Made by a program: the position numbers and the translations under genes. Of a stretch of DNA of 64,000 nucleotides, positions 1-12,000 are shown piece after piece. This DNA comes from Neoechinorhynchus agilis (lineage: Eukaryota > Animalia > Acanthocephala). The stretch spans positions 3,879,761 through 3,943,760 of the forward strand of contig CM121341.1 of NCBI GenBank assembly GCA_051530055.1. The letters run 5' to 3'. The number at the start of each line of letters is the position of its first letter. Positions within the stretch are counted from its first letter, which is position 1. The notes under the pieces are model-generated. The model worked only from the letters and a program-made list of their open reading frames with translations, had not been told where the DNA came from and made no database searches.

Positions 1-129
1 GTCTAACAACATCACTAGTGCATCTCGGGGTATTATTTTTCAAATTCCTATTTATAGTTCGAATTCATCTTCTAAAAGACGCAGAACTAAATTATAGAAA
101 ATCCACGTTTGCAAACGACAACAGGAGAT

Positions 130-1440
130 ACGGATCCCGTTTTAGGCCTGTTGACAAATATTCAAATATATATTTTGTTGACTGTGTTCGAACAAAGATT
201 GAAAGCACTTCGACGCCAGTTTGCGAATCTCTAAGGGAAGATAAGTTCAGACACTTAGGAGAATCCTTGGCAGTTTACATTTTTCGACAGAATACTTAAC
301 GTTGAATCCAAACTTGAACTAGAGATCGATCGAATTGAAGTTTTGTGGCATTTGCTGTACGCCCGCTTGGTTTCCACCTAAAGAAAGATTGACCCACGTG
401 GGCCTTGTTGAAGCAATTCATGCTATTGCAAAATCAACAACACGAATATTTATTACATTAGTGGAGGATGGACACTCTTTTTTACCTTCTTGGTAATTCT
501 TGATAAATAATTATGTATAAGAAAAGTAATAATCTAGGATTCATTGGACTCGCTTGGCTTCCTTTATGGATGGTAGATGGTTCGCTGTCACCGCAGAATT
601 GTAGAAGGCTCAACAAAGATGAATTACATTCGAAGCAGCGTGGTCAACGCAACGCCAGCGTCTAGTCGGAACCCCTGGAACGTTATCGCTCAATCCAAAA
701 AGGTGTGGGGATTCTGTGTTGGGAAAATCATCATGGGAATTCAATGAGTAGGTCAATATACGAATCTTAATTGCTGAGCAAAATAAAACAACGAATCATT
801 CCAGGAAACTTGATCTTAAACATTCGAACAGTCATTAATATTGATGCCGTTCGGAATCCATACTTTCCTTTTATAGGTCCCTATGGAGCTCATCAGATGA
901 GGATATTCTCGCTAGATAATAGACCGTTTTATCAAAAGATGCAACTATCGACCACACAACCTAAAAACACCGTTCCTCTATCGAATTTGCAAATCCTTAA
1001 ATACTGTCACTTACTAAAAAGACTGGGTCAAATGGGACTCGCACATTACAATTTCCCTCAGACGCAATACCGTTAAAATTTATCTTCTAAAACGACTCCG
1101 CCATTTAGGAGTCCCTTCGTCCGTTATCTCTAAACTTTACTACATCTTTATTTTACCCTAATCCCTCACCAACGGCTACCCCGTCTCTTACGACAGCTCG
1201 ATGCGTTGTATCGATCGAGGCGTTGTGTTTACGGCAAAGTGATTCGTTGTATCGATTGGCGCGTTGAGTATATATATTTAACAAAAAATAAAAAGGGCAA
1301 ATTTTTGGTTCCGCTAACACACCAACACCGACTTTTGCAACCTTTTCCAAAATCACCAATCCGTCACCTTGAAATGTTTCAGAGAAGAGCCTCTAAAATT
1401 TACGCAGTTGATTTCCCCCGCTCGCCAAAAATAAAATTTT
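130..1440. mobile_element. Highly degenerate LINE (CR1/L2/RTE-like) remnants in mixed orientation
   Basis: Isolated motifs only: DKFRHLG (+, ~240; resembles FKYLG), KYGFR (-, ~855; resembles QYGFR), IRHLEMFQRRASK (+, ~1365; resembles LExVQRRATK). No continuous ORF. Confidence 0.35.
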
Positions 1441-2007
1441 CATAAAAAAATCAAAACGCATCTCAGTTCTACCACAAACCTTTTCACACGAGCATAACAC
1501 TCGCAATCCCAATTCCTTTCATCATTCTATTCCTCGTACCTAAATGATTTATCTCATTCGACTTCTCAGCAGTCTATGACACTATTAATCTTCAATTCGT
1601 AATCATCTAAATGTGCTTGTCAAATTTCGCTTATTGGATACCAAAGGAACTTCTTGGCTTTCTTAATATACATTCTACAATGATGGGTATCCTGTTTAAT
1701 CCTAACAAAACAAAAGTTTTAGCAATAGCTTCAAAAATGCAAAACAGGATAAAAAATTAGGACGCAATTTTAACCCTAAATTAAATGAAAAATCAGATAT
1801 TAAAAAAATTAAAAAGATTTTATAATTAGTTAAACGTTACTGTCCAAAACCATCGAAGGAAGCACCGTCCAGTGAAGTGTTAAAATCAATGAAAAACGTA
1901 ACATAACGCAGGAGTACGAGCAGAATAGTCCCTGAACCTCGGGAATGGCCATTCCACGTACCCGAGAAATACAATAGAAACCAACTCAAACCTCTTCAAA
2001 TGACTGA

Positions 2008-2510
2008 TTTTTTTCAAATAATAATTTTATTAACATTCACCGGTTGCACACACAACAACAAAACGTTTAAACAATCACCACCGTCCACGAAGAAGAGGCA
2101 TTGCACTCCCCTCAGTGGTCACGATAATTGCATCAGTCCATCAGTGTCAAGTTCACGAGTTTCAATTTGGATGAATACAATCGTGAGGTGTCGAAGTTCG
2201 GACATTAGCTCCCATGTATTATTTCCAGTCAGCTCGGCTCTAGGATGCTGGGCGCATTCACGGGCGTTCACTTCGGCGTGTCATGAGTACCTTCCGCCTG
2301 ATTGCCAACAGACGGGACCATGACGTCCCGATTGTTCCACGGTTTCTCCACAGCTACAGCGATTTAATGTGCACATCGGTACCCCAAGTCTCAAAGACAC
2401 TGCAATCCTTACTGTCGTATCGGACGGAGAAGGGTATTCACAGAAGCGATTGGGATAGCGTTGAGACAAGCACTCGATAATCTTGTAGAGACTGCCGCCA
2501 ATAGAGTTTA
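2008..2510 (-). mobile_element. CRE-like non-LTR retrotransposon 3' fragment (zinc knuckle, decayed REL endonuclease, 3'UTR, A7)
   Basis: Minus strand reads ..VRIAVSLRLGVPMC..CSCGETVEQSGRHGPVC.. and ends AIIVTTEGSAMPLLRGRW* (stop 2075-2077), followed by a 3'UTR with AATAAA and an A7 run at 2008-2014. Confidence 0.75.
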
Positions 2511-2739
2511 GTTCACCAGGTCACGAGAATCTGAAATTAAGGAGTTACGAATTCTCGCTACCAAGGGTGAGTCCCAAACTGATTATTTCCGTCCATTGAC
2601 GGGTACCTGCTCGCTGCCTGAATTTCCACACCAAAGATTAAGAGCCTCCACGAAATCTTCATCCAAAGTGTAATTCTCACCAAGAACGGATTTAACTACT
2701 TTGTAGCTTGCTTCATACGATCCCAAATAAGTGGTTGGC

Positions 2740-3600
2740 AGACAAATATAAATTACTTTCCATCCGGACGACCACCACCGAGTCGGTACACTTTGCTTAG
2801 CTTTAAAATGTTTTGGGACGTTCACCGTATTTAGAGCACGCGAAATTACGTCGTTCAATTCAGCATGCCGTGAGAAACGGCCTCCTGATTTGTTGCAAAC
2901 AAGACAATGTCTCCTCAGTAGATTCACGATCATTCCAGGCCGGCAACGATGTTCGACACAAATCGGTAGACCTAATCTGAGGGACACTTCGATCCGAACT
3001 GCTTCGTCTACGAGGAGTGTTCCCATGATGCAATGGGTAGGGCTTCTAACCATGCTCCTGATTCTCTTGTAGAGACTGCCAACAATCTGGCCCGGTTAAC
3101 CTCGTCGCAAGAGCCTGAGATTAGAGAACCATTAGCTTGGTCGACTAAAAGTTTATCCCAAATAGACGGCTTTAGGCCATTCACGGGAACTTGGTTGTAA
3201 CCCGTTTTCGCCCATCATTCCTGGACCGCTACTAGAAATTCGTCCGCTAAACAGAACATGGGTCTTAATATAAGCTTTACCAGACCCAGACTCCCTTCGA
3301 ATGATCCTAGAAACGCAGCTCCTTGGAAGACTCAGTCGGTCAAGAGTGATCAATTCTAAACCGGTTGCGAGATTTCTAAAACCTTTGACGATTTCGCTCT
3401 GCGCTGACTCGTGTTCGATGTTCATTACCAACAATTCGCATTTCCATGCATTAAGCTCAACGCTCAATCTCACAGTCTCCCTTACGAGTGTCTCCAGATC
3501 GCGCATTACTGCGGAGGGATCACTTCTGAGCGTAGCGTCATCCAAGTACCAAGCATTAAAGTTGGAATGGAGAGAGTGCGCTATTGGTTTCATTGCAAGG
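2740..3600 (-). mobile_element. CRE-like retrotransposon fragment: RT (WYLDD), zinc knuckle, start of REL
   Basis: NAWYLDDATL..VELNAWKCELL; RLLAVSTRESGAWLEALP; EVSLRLGLPIC..RHCLVCNKSGGRFSRHAELNDVISRAL. Confidence 0.75.
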
Positions 3601-3639
3601 GCGAAAGCGATTGGTCGTTGCTTCCTGCCATCTTCCCGT

Positions 3640-3900
3640 TTGCACATTTCTCCACCATATTGGAAGTCCTACGTCGAAGTTTGTTTCCTTTGCGGACCTT
3701 CGGTCATGGTACTCTTTGAATTTGTCTGACCTGTGTTCATGGTAATTTTTGAGGCAATTCCTCCAATTATCGAAAATCGTTTGAATCCTTCTCCCGATCA
3801 TAGCTTCGGACGGGCTCTTACAGGTGGTCGAGGGCGGGGTATTTCGATACACTTGTAAGAAATCATAAAGGTTGGCCTTCTTCAGATCGGCTTCCCGTTT
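3640..3900 (-). mobile_element. Gypsy-type integrase C-terminal fragment
   Basis: YRNTPPSTTCKSPSEAMIGRRIQTIFD..KEYHDRR resembles the YRxTPHSxTGxSPAELLFGR motif of LTR integrases. Confidence 0.6.
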
Positions 3901-3929
3901 CAAAACTCTGTTTTTCATTGTTTGCACAA

Positions 3930-4384
3930 ATCTTTCGGCAAGCCCATTTGTTGATTGGCAACATCCTCACTTGTGATTGATCGGACTTAGAACTTCTTAT
4001 CTGCAGATAGCCACATTTTTCTTGATTCTTAAAAGGAGTAAGTTGTCCACTAGTGAACGAAATTTGCCATTGTCTCTCAGTAACGCCAAAAATTCGCCTG
4101 AATGCTCGAAAAACGAGTGGACAGTATATTTTAAACTGGTACCGACCCGGGAGTACGTCCTGAATAAAATACTGAAGATCGACTTTGACTTTCATGTACG
4201 CTTTGAAATCATCAGGAAGTAGCATTACCGGCATGTTGACATGAGATATTTCGACAGCGGGGTAGTCGACACCCCACATGAACACTGAAAAGAATGGTTC
4301 ATTCGCGCGGAATAGTTTCCGCTTTTGGTGTTTAACCTTGAACTTGGATTTCGTTTTCATCCTGGGTGCAGGAATAGCGTCCAT
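3930..4384 (-). pseudogene. PIP4K2: Truncated, intronless PI5P 4-kinase (type II PIP kinase) pseudogene
   Basis: KLFRANEPFFSVFMWGV..VMLLPDDFKAYMKVKVD..FKIYCPLVFRAFRRIFG matches the PIP4K2 N-lobe. A frameshift near 4015 is followed by LSADKKF*VRSITSEDVA (in-frame stop), and homology then ends. Confidence 0.85.
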
Positions 4385-4679
4385 ATCAACCGAAATAGTT
4401 CGTTTGTGGTGGTTCCGCCGAATCGGTCTACAATGTCTTATCGGACCACTTCCGATTTCTTTTTAAAATATCAGGCAATGTAATAAATCGTAGAGGTGTA
4501 GAGGACAGGGTTTTGCGAAATTGAGGTCAGGATAGCCTATAAGGCATAATATGTGGCGGCGGTGGTGGAACAGCGACTTTTTTACAACGGTAAGGAAAAA
4601 CGCTTGGATTGATATGTGCGCATTCAATGAAAATTAGTGTTAATTTAAACAAAAAATTAGGGGGTTCACTTTAACAATA

Positions 4680-6750
4680 GAAGAGTGCAAAAAGTTATTA
4701 TTGAGAATTTAACTCGACGTCTAAAATGAGAGATATGATGTTCGATTTTATCATCATCTTCATTGAAATCTAACTAATTAAAAGTTTTAAACTTCAAGAA
4801 AACAATTCGGAGCATAGAAATTTACGTTCAAAAGCACGAATTAATAAGGGAGGCGAAAAAAATGCAAGATCGTTAATTTCAATTTTCCGCCATAATAAAA
4901 TCATGAATTATTCAGTTTTAAACCATTTATTAAGTATTTCGATAAGACCAAAATAACGGAAAGATTAGATTTTCTGAGAATGAATGTACGGCGGCGAATC
5001 AAGTGATCGAGAAATAAGAAGACGTAAATAAACTCAGATCGAATTTTTATTAAAAAACTTAAAAGAAGGATTTTCAATAAAAAATATCGCAGTGCTTCTT
5101 AAAAATGAATGTAAGTTCAAAAAGTTATTATTGAGAATTTAACTCGACGTCTAAAATGAGAGATGTGATGTTCGGTCTTATCATCATCTTCATTGAAATC
5201 TAACGAATTAAAAGGTTTAAACTTCAAGAAAACCATTTGGAGCATAGAAATTTACGTTCAAAAGCACGGATTAAAAAGGGAGACGAAAAAAATGCAAGAT
5301 CGTTAATTTCAATTTTCCGCCATAATAAAATCATGAATTATTCAGTTTTAAACCATTTATTAAGTATTTCGATAAGACCAAAATAACGGAAAGATTAGAT
5401 TTTCTGAGAATGAATGTACGGCGGCGAATCAAGTGATCGAGAAATTAAAAGACGTAAATAAACTCAGATCGAATTTTTATTAAAAAACTTAAAAGAAGGA
5501 TTTTCAATAAAAAAATATCGCAGTGCTTCTTAAAAATGAATGTAAGTTCAAAAAGTTATTATTGAGAATTTAACTCGACGTCTAAAATGAGAGATGTGAT
5601 GTTCGGTCTTATCATCATCTTCATTGAAATCTAACGAATTAAAAGTTTTAAACTTCAAGAAAACCATTTGGAGCATAGAAATTTACGTTCAAAAGCACGA
5701 ATTAATAAGGGAGACGAAAAAAATGCAAGATCGTTAATTTCAATTTTCCGCCATAATAAAATCATGAATTATTCAGTTTTAAACCATTTATTAAGTATTT
5801 CGATAAGACCAAAATAACGGAAAGATTAGATTTTCTGAGAATGAATGTACGGCGGCGAATCAAGTGATCGAGAAATAAGAAGACGTAAATAAACTCAGAT
5901 CGAATTTTTATTAAAAAACTTAAAAGAAGGATTTTCAATAAAAAAATATCGCAGTGCTTCTTAAAAATGAATGTAAGTTCAAAAAGTTATTATTGAGAAT
6001 TTAACTCGACGTCTAAAATGAGAGATGTGATGTTCGGTCTTATCATCATCTTCATTGAAATCTAACGAATTAAAAGTTTTAAACTTCAAGAAAACCATTT
6101 GGAGCATAGAACTTGCCGTTCAAAAGCACGAATTAATAAGGGAGACGAAAAAAATGCAAGATCGTTAATTTCAATTTTCCGCCATAATAAAATCATGAAT
6201 TATTCAGTTTTAAACCATTTATTAAGTATTTCGATAAGACCAAAATAACGGAAAGATTAGATTTTCTGAGAATGAATGTACGGCGGCGAATCAAGTGATC
6301 GAGAAATAAGAAGACGTAAATAAACTCAGATCGAATTTTTATTAAAAGACGGATTTTCAATAAAAAATATCGCAGTGCTTCTTAAAAAATGAATGTAAGC
6401 TCTAAAAGTTATTATTGAGAATTTAACTCGACGTCTAAAATGAGAGATGTGATGTTCGGTCTTATCATCATCTTCATTGAAATCTAACGAATTAAAAGGT
6501 TTAAACTTCAAGAAAACTATTTCGAGCATAGAACTTGCCGTTCAAAAGCACGAATTAATAAGGGAGACGAAAAAAATGATAAATCGTTAATTTCAATTTT
6601 CGGCCATAATAATAACATGAATTATTCAGTTTTAAAACATTTATTAAGTATTTCGATAAGACCAAAATAACGGAAAGGTTAGATTTTCTGAGAATGAATG
6701 TACGGCGGCGAATCAAGTGATCGAGAAATTAAAAGACGTAAATGAACTCA
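4680..6750. repeat. ~430-bp tandem repeat, about 5 copies
   Basis: GTTATTATTGAGAATTTAACTCGACG recurs at 4694, 5124, 5555, 5986 and 6408 (periods 430, 431, 431, 422). Confidence 0.95.
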
Positions 6751-6832
6751 GTGCGAATTTTTATATGACGTTCGTTGTTCTTTCCTTCAAGAATATAAAC
6801 TTCATGAGCATTGTAAAGATATTATTCATCAT

Positions 6833-6974
6833 AGTTTCAGTTTTAACTAGCGATGGTTTATTCAGAAAAATAGACTTGCGAAACAATTGACTGAAGAAGG
6901 CCAATGAAAAGGCTGAAAATTTTCAAGATAAATCTATTTTTCTGAATAAACCATCGCTAATTGAAACTGAAACT
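6833..6974. repeat. Foldback element with 45-bp inverted arms enclosing a hammerhead motif
   Basis: Arms 6833-6877 and 6930-6974 are reverse complements with 3 mismatches. Confidence 0.9.
6887..6926 (+). ncRNA. Minimal type-I hammerhead ribozyme motif (Penelope-type)
   Basis: ttga-CTGAAGA-A-GGCC-aatgaaaa-GGCT-GAAA-ATT-T^-tcaa: full core, 4-bp stem II, palindromic AAUU stem III, UU^ site, stem I ttga/tcaa. Confidence 0.75.
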
Positions 6975-7849
6975 TTAGGAATATTAATGCTTCGATGAAA
7001 GTCTTCGCGGGGAAAACGTCCTAAGCAAACATTTTTTATGGTCAAAAATGCGTGTGTAACTTTAAAATTGAAAAAATGATTTTCAAAAGTATTTTAGTCG
7101 ATATAAAGTTTCCAATGAGATTTCTAGGCTTCGTTTCGCTAACGCCTTTTATACAATCGGATGCCCAAGCAAAAATGATTAACCAGACAACGATTGTTTT
7201 CATGCGAAAATAAATAGCCTACTAGAAATATTCACAAAATTTCGAGTTTCAAATCTTTTCGCTTATGTCAGCTGGTAAGACGGTTATTTTAATTCCCTTA
7301 CTCTCGGCTATTCCATAAAAATTAATCAATAAATTATTGGAATTATTAGCATGCAATCAACGCAAATTCGACTATTATTAGTGATTTTGCAACGTAAAAA
7401 TCTTTGGCACGCTTTGCCTCAAACTTTGTACGGTGATTTATAGTTAAGATAATTGCCGTTCTACTGTAACCATTGGCCAAATGCCGTTATAAAATTTTCA
7501 TCCGACAATCAAAACGCCTCTCAACCCTACCGTCACAAATTTTACCACATTTTATTCCCCATTTCACAAGAAAATCGCAATCCTAATTGCTTTCATTCTC
7601 CCTCGACCTCGCAACTCCCTCTGTCCCTTTTTCTATACTGCCTAATCTTCTCGGATATCATAAATTGAAATGAACCTGAGGAAACATTCAACCTCAAAAC
7701 TCTCCTGTAAACAATATCCGCCCACTAGAACGGACACCATCGACAGGATATTCCCACCTGACCGAACCGCATTTAATAATAACACATTTTATTTTGATAA
7801 AGAAGGGGAACCGTGTACTTCTGAGTCCCTGTGAACATGGAGTGGATGA

Positions 7850-7970
7850 CGAATCCGGAATCTGGAACGGATTATGGATCCGGAATGTGGATGGCGGATC
7901 CGGAATTTTTATTAGATGATGGATCGGAATGTGGATGATGGATCGGAATGTAAATGATTGATCCGGAGGA
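7850..7970. repeat. Short degenerate minisatellite (GATC(C)GGAATGTGGATG-like)
   Basis: Several imperfect copies of a ~20-24 bp unit. Confidence 0.6.
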
Positions 7971-9037
7971 TGACAGTCGACGACGAGAGAGAGGACGGCG
8001 TCGACGATTTCTTGCATAAAACTGGGAACTCGAGTGTTTATGAAGACCCAAAGGTACATGGTACAACTCTTGTTTATTAACAAACAAATAAACGTGTTAT
8101 TTTTATACCTTTATACAAGCGTTGTGAATCTCAATTACTTTTCTACAATACGGTTTTTGTACGACTAATTAATAGCTCTGTATTCTCATTGGTCAATCTC
8201 TAAAAAAGCGCAGATTCACCTACTTTCCAGTATTTTTACCCCCATGATCATTAAAAATTTGTTGCACGTTGGTTTTTATGATGCAAACAAAACTCAATGG
8301 CCCAAAGCGTGAAAAACCAATCGACAATAAGAAAAGTGGAAAATCTAGAAAGCGATCAAAACGGAACAATAATCGCGGTCCAACGACAAACCGTTTGATT
8401 ATGCTCCGAAATCAAGTTCGGGACTTTTTCAACAATCTGAACAAGGAAAAAGATGTTGAAAAATCTTAATCAACACAATCAGATTCAAATTCCTCAAGCC
8501 TAAAAATTCAAATATCGCAAAACACTTCAAGAAAAAATAAGCGAAAAATGTCTCGCAGTCGATCACGAATATTTACTCACGCTCACAATTCAGCCTTTAC
8601 TAAAAACTCTCGGAGACATCAGAAGATTGCCATGGACATGTTCGAAGAAGAAGAGCTTAAAGAAAGACTTACTGAACTCGTGAAAGTCGTTAATTGAAAC
8701 GATCAAGACATTGAAAATCAACGAAAGGAAATGGATTTATGGGTAGATGCGGTATCCTCTTTAAGAGTAAACTCAAATATTTCAATCAGCGAAAAAGTGA
8801 TCAAAAAGACAAGAAACGATTCAAAAACCAATTTATCGATCGAAGACAGATAAAGGAAATCGTTTAGATCTATTTTGGCGATCGAATAAAAATTAAAAGC
8901 GCACCTCTGTAAAAATTCAAAGCACTTTTAAGTCGATTTTATTAAGTACTATTTCTTGGTCATTAATGGAGCATAGTAAAATAGTTTCTGTTAAATATCT
9001 ATCCTTAAAACTAATCTAACTAGTAGCGAAGAAAGGT

Positions 9038-12000
9038 CTAAAACTCCAAAACGACCGGAGCAACTCTCAATTGAGCATCTCCAGAAACGTGCTGTTCATC
9101 ATTTATGCTACTATTGTGAATGATACGGTGACCATATTCCTTGCGAACATTGCTAAAACCTTCACCGCCGTCATCATCACATTCATCGTCATCATCATCG
9201 CATTCATCGTCATCATCATCACATTCATCGTCATCATCGCCCCCATCACAACTGCCCTCTGTAGTCGTTGTCTTGTAAATAGTAGTATCGCCACCGCCGC
9301 CAATGTCTGTGGTTGTTGTCTCCTCCGTAGTAGATTCGCCACCTCCGCCGTCTTCTGTAGTTGTCTCCTCTGTAGTTGTTTCACCACCGCCGCCGTCTTC
9401 TGTGGTTGTTGTCTCCTCTGTAGTTGTTTCACCACCTCCGCCGTCTTGTGTTGTTGTCTCCTCTGTAGTTGTTTCACCACCTCCGTTGCCCTCTGTAGTT
9501 GTTGTCTCTTCCGTAGTTGTTTCACCCCCGCCGCCAATGTCTGTGGTTGTTGTCTCCTCCGTAGTTGTTTCGCCACCTCCGCCGTCTTCTGTAGTTGTCT
9601 CTTCCGTAGTTGTTTCACCACCGCCGCCGTCTTCTGTGGTTGTTGTCTCCTCTGTAGTTGTTTCACCACCTCCGCCGTCTTCTGTTGTTGTTGTCTCCTC
9701 CGTAGTTGTTTCACCGCCTTCCTCATCTTCTGTAGTTGTTGTCTCTTCCGTAGTTGTTTCACCGCCTCCCCCATCTTCTGTGGTTGTTGTCTCCTCTGTA
9801 GTTGTTTCACCACCTTCGCCGTCTTCTGTGGTTGTTGTCTCCTCCGTAGTTGTTTCACCGCCTCCCCCATCTTCTGTGGTTGTTGTCTCCTCTGTAGTTG
9901 TTTCACCACCGTCGCCGTCTTCTGTGGTTGTTGTCTCCTCCGTAGTTGTTTCACCGCCTCCCCCATCTTCTGTGGTTGTTGTCTCCTCTGTAGTTGTTTC
10001 ACCACCGCCGCCGTCTTCTATTGTTGTTGTCTCTTCTGTAGTTGTTTCACCACCGCCGCCGTCTTCTGTGGTTGTTGTCTCCTCTGTAGTTGTTTCACCA
10101 CCTCCGCCGTCTTGTGTTGTTGTCTCCTCTGTAGTTGTTTCACCACCTCCGTTGCCCTCTGTAGTTGTTGTCTCTTCCGTAGTTGTTTCACCCCCGCCGC
10201 CAATGTCTGTGGTTGTTGTCTCCTCCGTAGTTGTTTCGCCACCTCCGCCGTCTTCTGTAGTTGTCTCTTCCGTAGTTGTTTCACCACCGCCGCCGTCTTC
10301 TGTGGTTGTTGTCTCCTCTGTAGTTGTTTCACCACCTTCGCCGTCTTCTGTGGTTGTTGTCTCCTCCGTAGTTGTTTCACCGCCTCCCCCATCTTCTGTG
10401 GTTGTTGTCTCCTCTGTAGTTGTTTCACCACCGCCGCCGTCTTCTATTGTTGTTGTCTCCTCTGTAGTTGTTTCACCACCGCCGCCGTCTTCTGTGGTTG
10501 TTGTCTCCTCTGTAGTTGTTTCACCACCTCCGCCGTCTTGTGTTGTTGTCCCCTCTGTAGTTGTTTCACCACCTCCGCCGCCCTCTGTAGTTGTTGTCTC
10601 TTCCGTAGTTGTTTCACCCCCGCCGCCTCTGTGGTTGTTGTCTCCTCCGTAGTTGTTTCGCCACCTCCGCCGTCTTCTGTAGTTGTCTCTTCCGTAGTTG
10701 TTTCACCACCGCCGCCGTCTTCTGTGGTTGTTGTCTCCTCTGTAGTTGTTTCACCACCTCCGCCGTCTTCTGTTGTTGTTGTCTCCTCCGTAGTTGTTTC
10801 ACCGCCTCCCCCATCTTCTGTAGTTGTTGTCTCTTCCGTAGTTGTTTCACCGCCTCCCCCATCTTCTGTGGTTGTTGTCTCCTCTGTAGTTGTTTCACCA
10901 CCTCCGCCGCCTTCTGTGGTAGTTGTCTCCCCTGTAGTTGTTTCACCACCGCCGCCGTCTTCTGTGGTTGTCTCCTCTGTAGTTGTTTCACCACCTCCGC
11001 CGTCTTCTGTAGTTGTTGTCTCTTCCGTAGTTGTTTCACCACCGCCGCCGTCTTCTGTAGTTGTTGTCTCCTCCGTAGTTGTTTCACCACCTCCGCCGTC
11101 TTCTGTAGTTGTTGTCTCTTCCGTAGTTGTTTCACCACCGCCGCCGTCTTCTGTGGTTGTTGTCTCCTCTGTAGTTGTTTCACCACCTCCGCCGTCTTCT
11201 GTGGTTGTTGTCTCCTCTGTAGTTGTTTCACCGCCTCCCCCATCTTCTGTGTTGTTGTCTCTCGTAGTTGTTCACCCCCCCTCTTCTGTGTTCCCCTGTA
11301 GTTGTTTCACCACCGCCGCCGTCTTCTGTGGTTGTCTCCTCTGTAGTTGTTTCGCCACCTCCGCCGTCTTCTGTAGTTGTTGTCTCTTCCGTAGTTGTTT
11401 CACCACCGCCGCCGTCTTCTGTAGTTGTTGTCTCTTCCGTAGTTGTTTCACCACCTCCGCCGTCTTCTGTAGTTGTTGTCTCCTCCGTAGTTGTTTCACC
11501 ACCGCCGCCGTCTTCTGTGTGTTGTCTCCTCTGTAGTTGTTTCACCACCTTCGCCGCCTTCTGTGGTAGTTGTCTCCTCTGTAGTTGTTTCACCACCGCC
11601 GCCGTCTTCTGTGGTTGTTGTCTCCTCTGTAGTTGTTTCACCACCTCCGCCGTCTTGTGTTGTTGTCTCCTCTGTAGTTGTTTCACCACCTCCGCCGCCC
11701 TCTGTAGTTGTTGTCTCTTCCGTAGTTGTTTCACCCCCGCCGCCGTCTTCTGTGGTTGTTGTCTCCTCTGTAGTTGTTTCACCACCGCCGCCGTCTTCTG
11801 TGGTTGTCTCCTCTGTAGTTGTTTCACCACCTCCGCCGCCTTCTGTGGTAGTTGTCTCCTCTGTAGTTGTTTCACCACCGCCGCCGTCTTCTGTGGTTGT
11901 TGTCTCCTCTGTAGTTGTTTCGCCACCTCCGCCGTCTTCTGTAGTAGTTGTCTCATCCGTAGTTGTTTCACCACCGCCGCCGTCTTCTGTAGTTGTTGTC

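Noticed and set aside
4735-4775. Hammerhead-like pattern on minus in the 430-bp unit (ATGAAGA-T-GAT..ATC-GAAC)
   Set aside because: C3 and one A of GAAA are missing, no stem I, and the stem is not kept in the other copies.
8269-8860. Basic and coiled-coil-like short ORFs on plus
   Set aside because: Interrupted by stops, no recognisable family or splice model.
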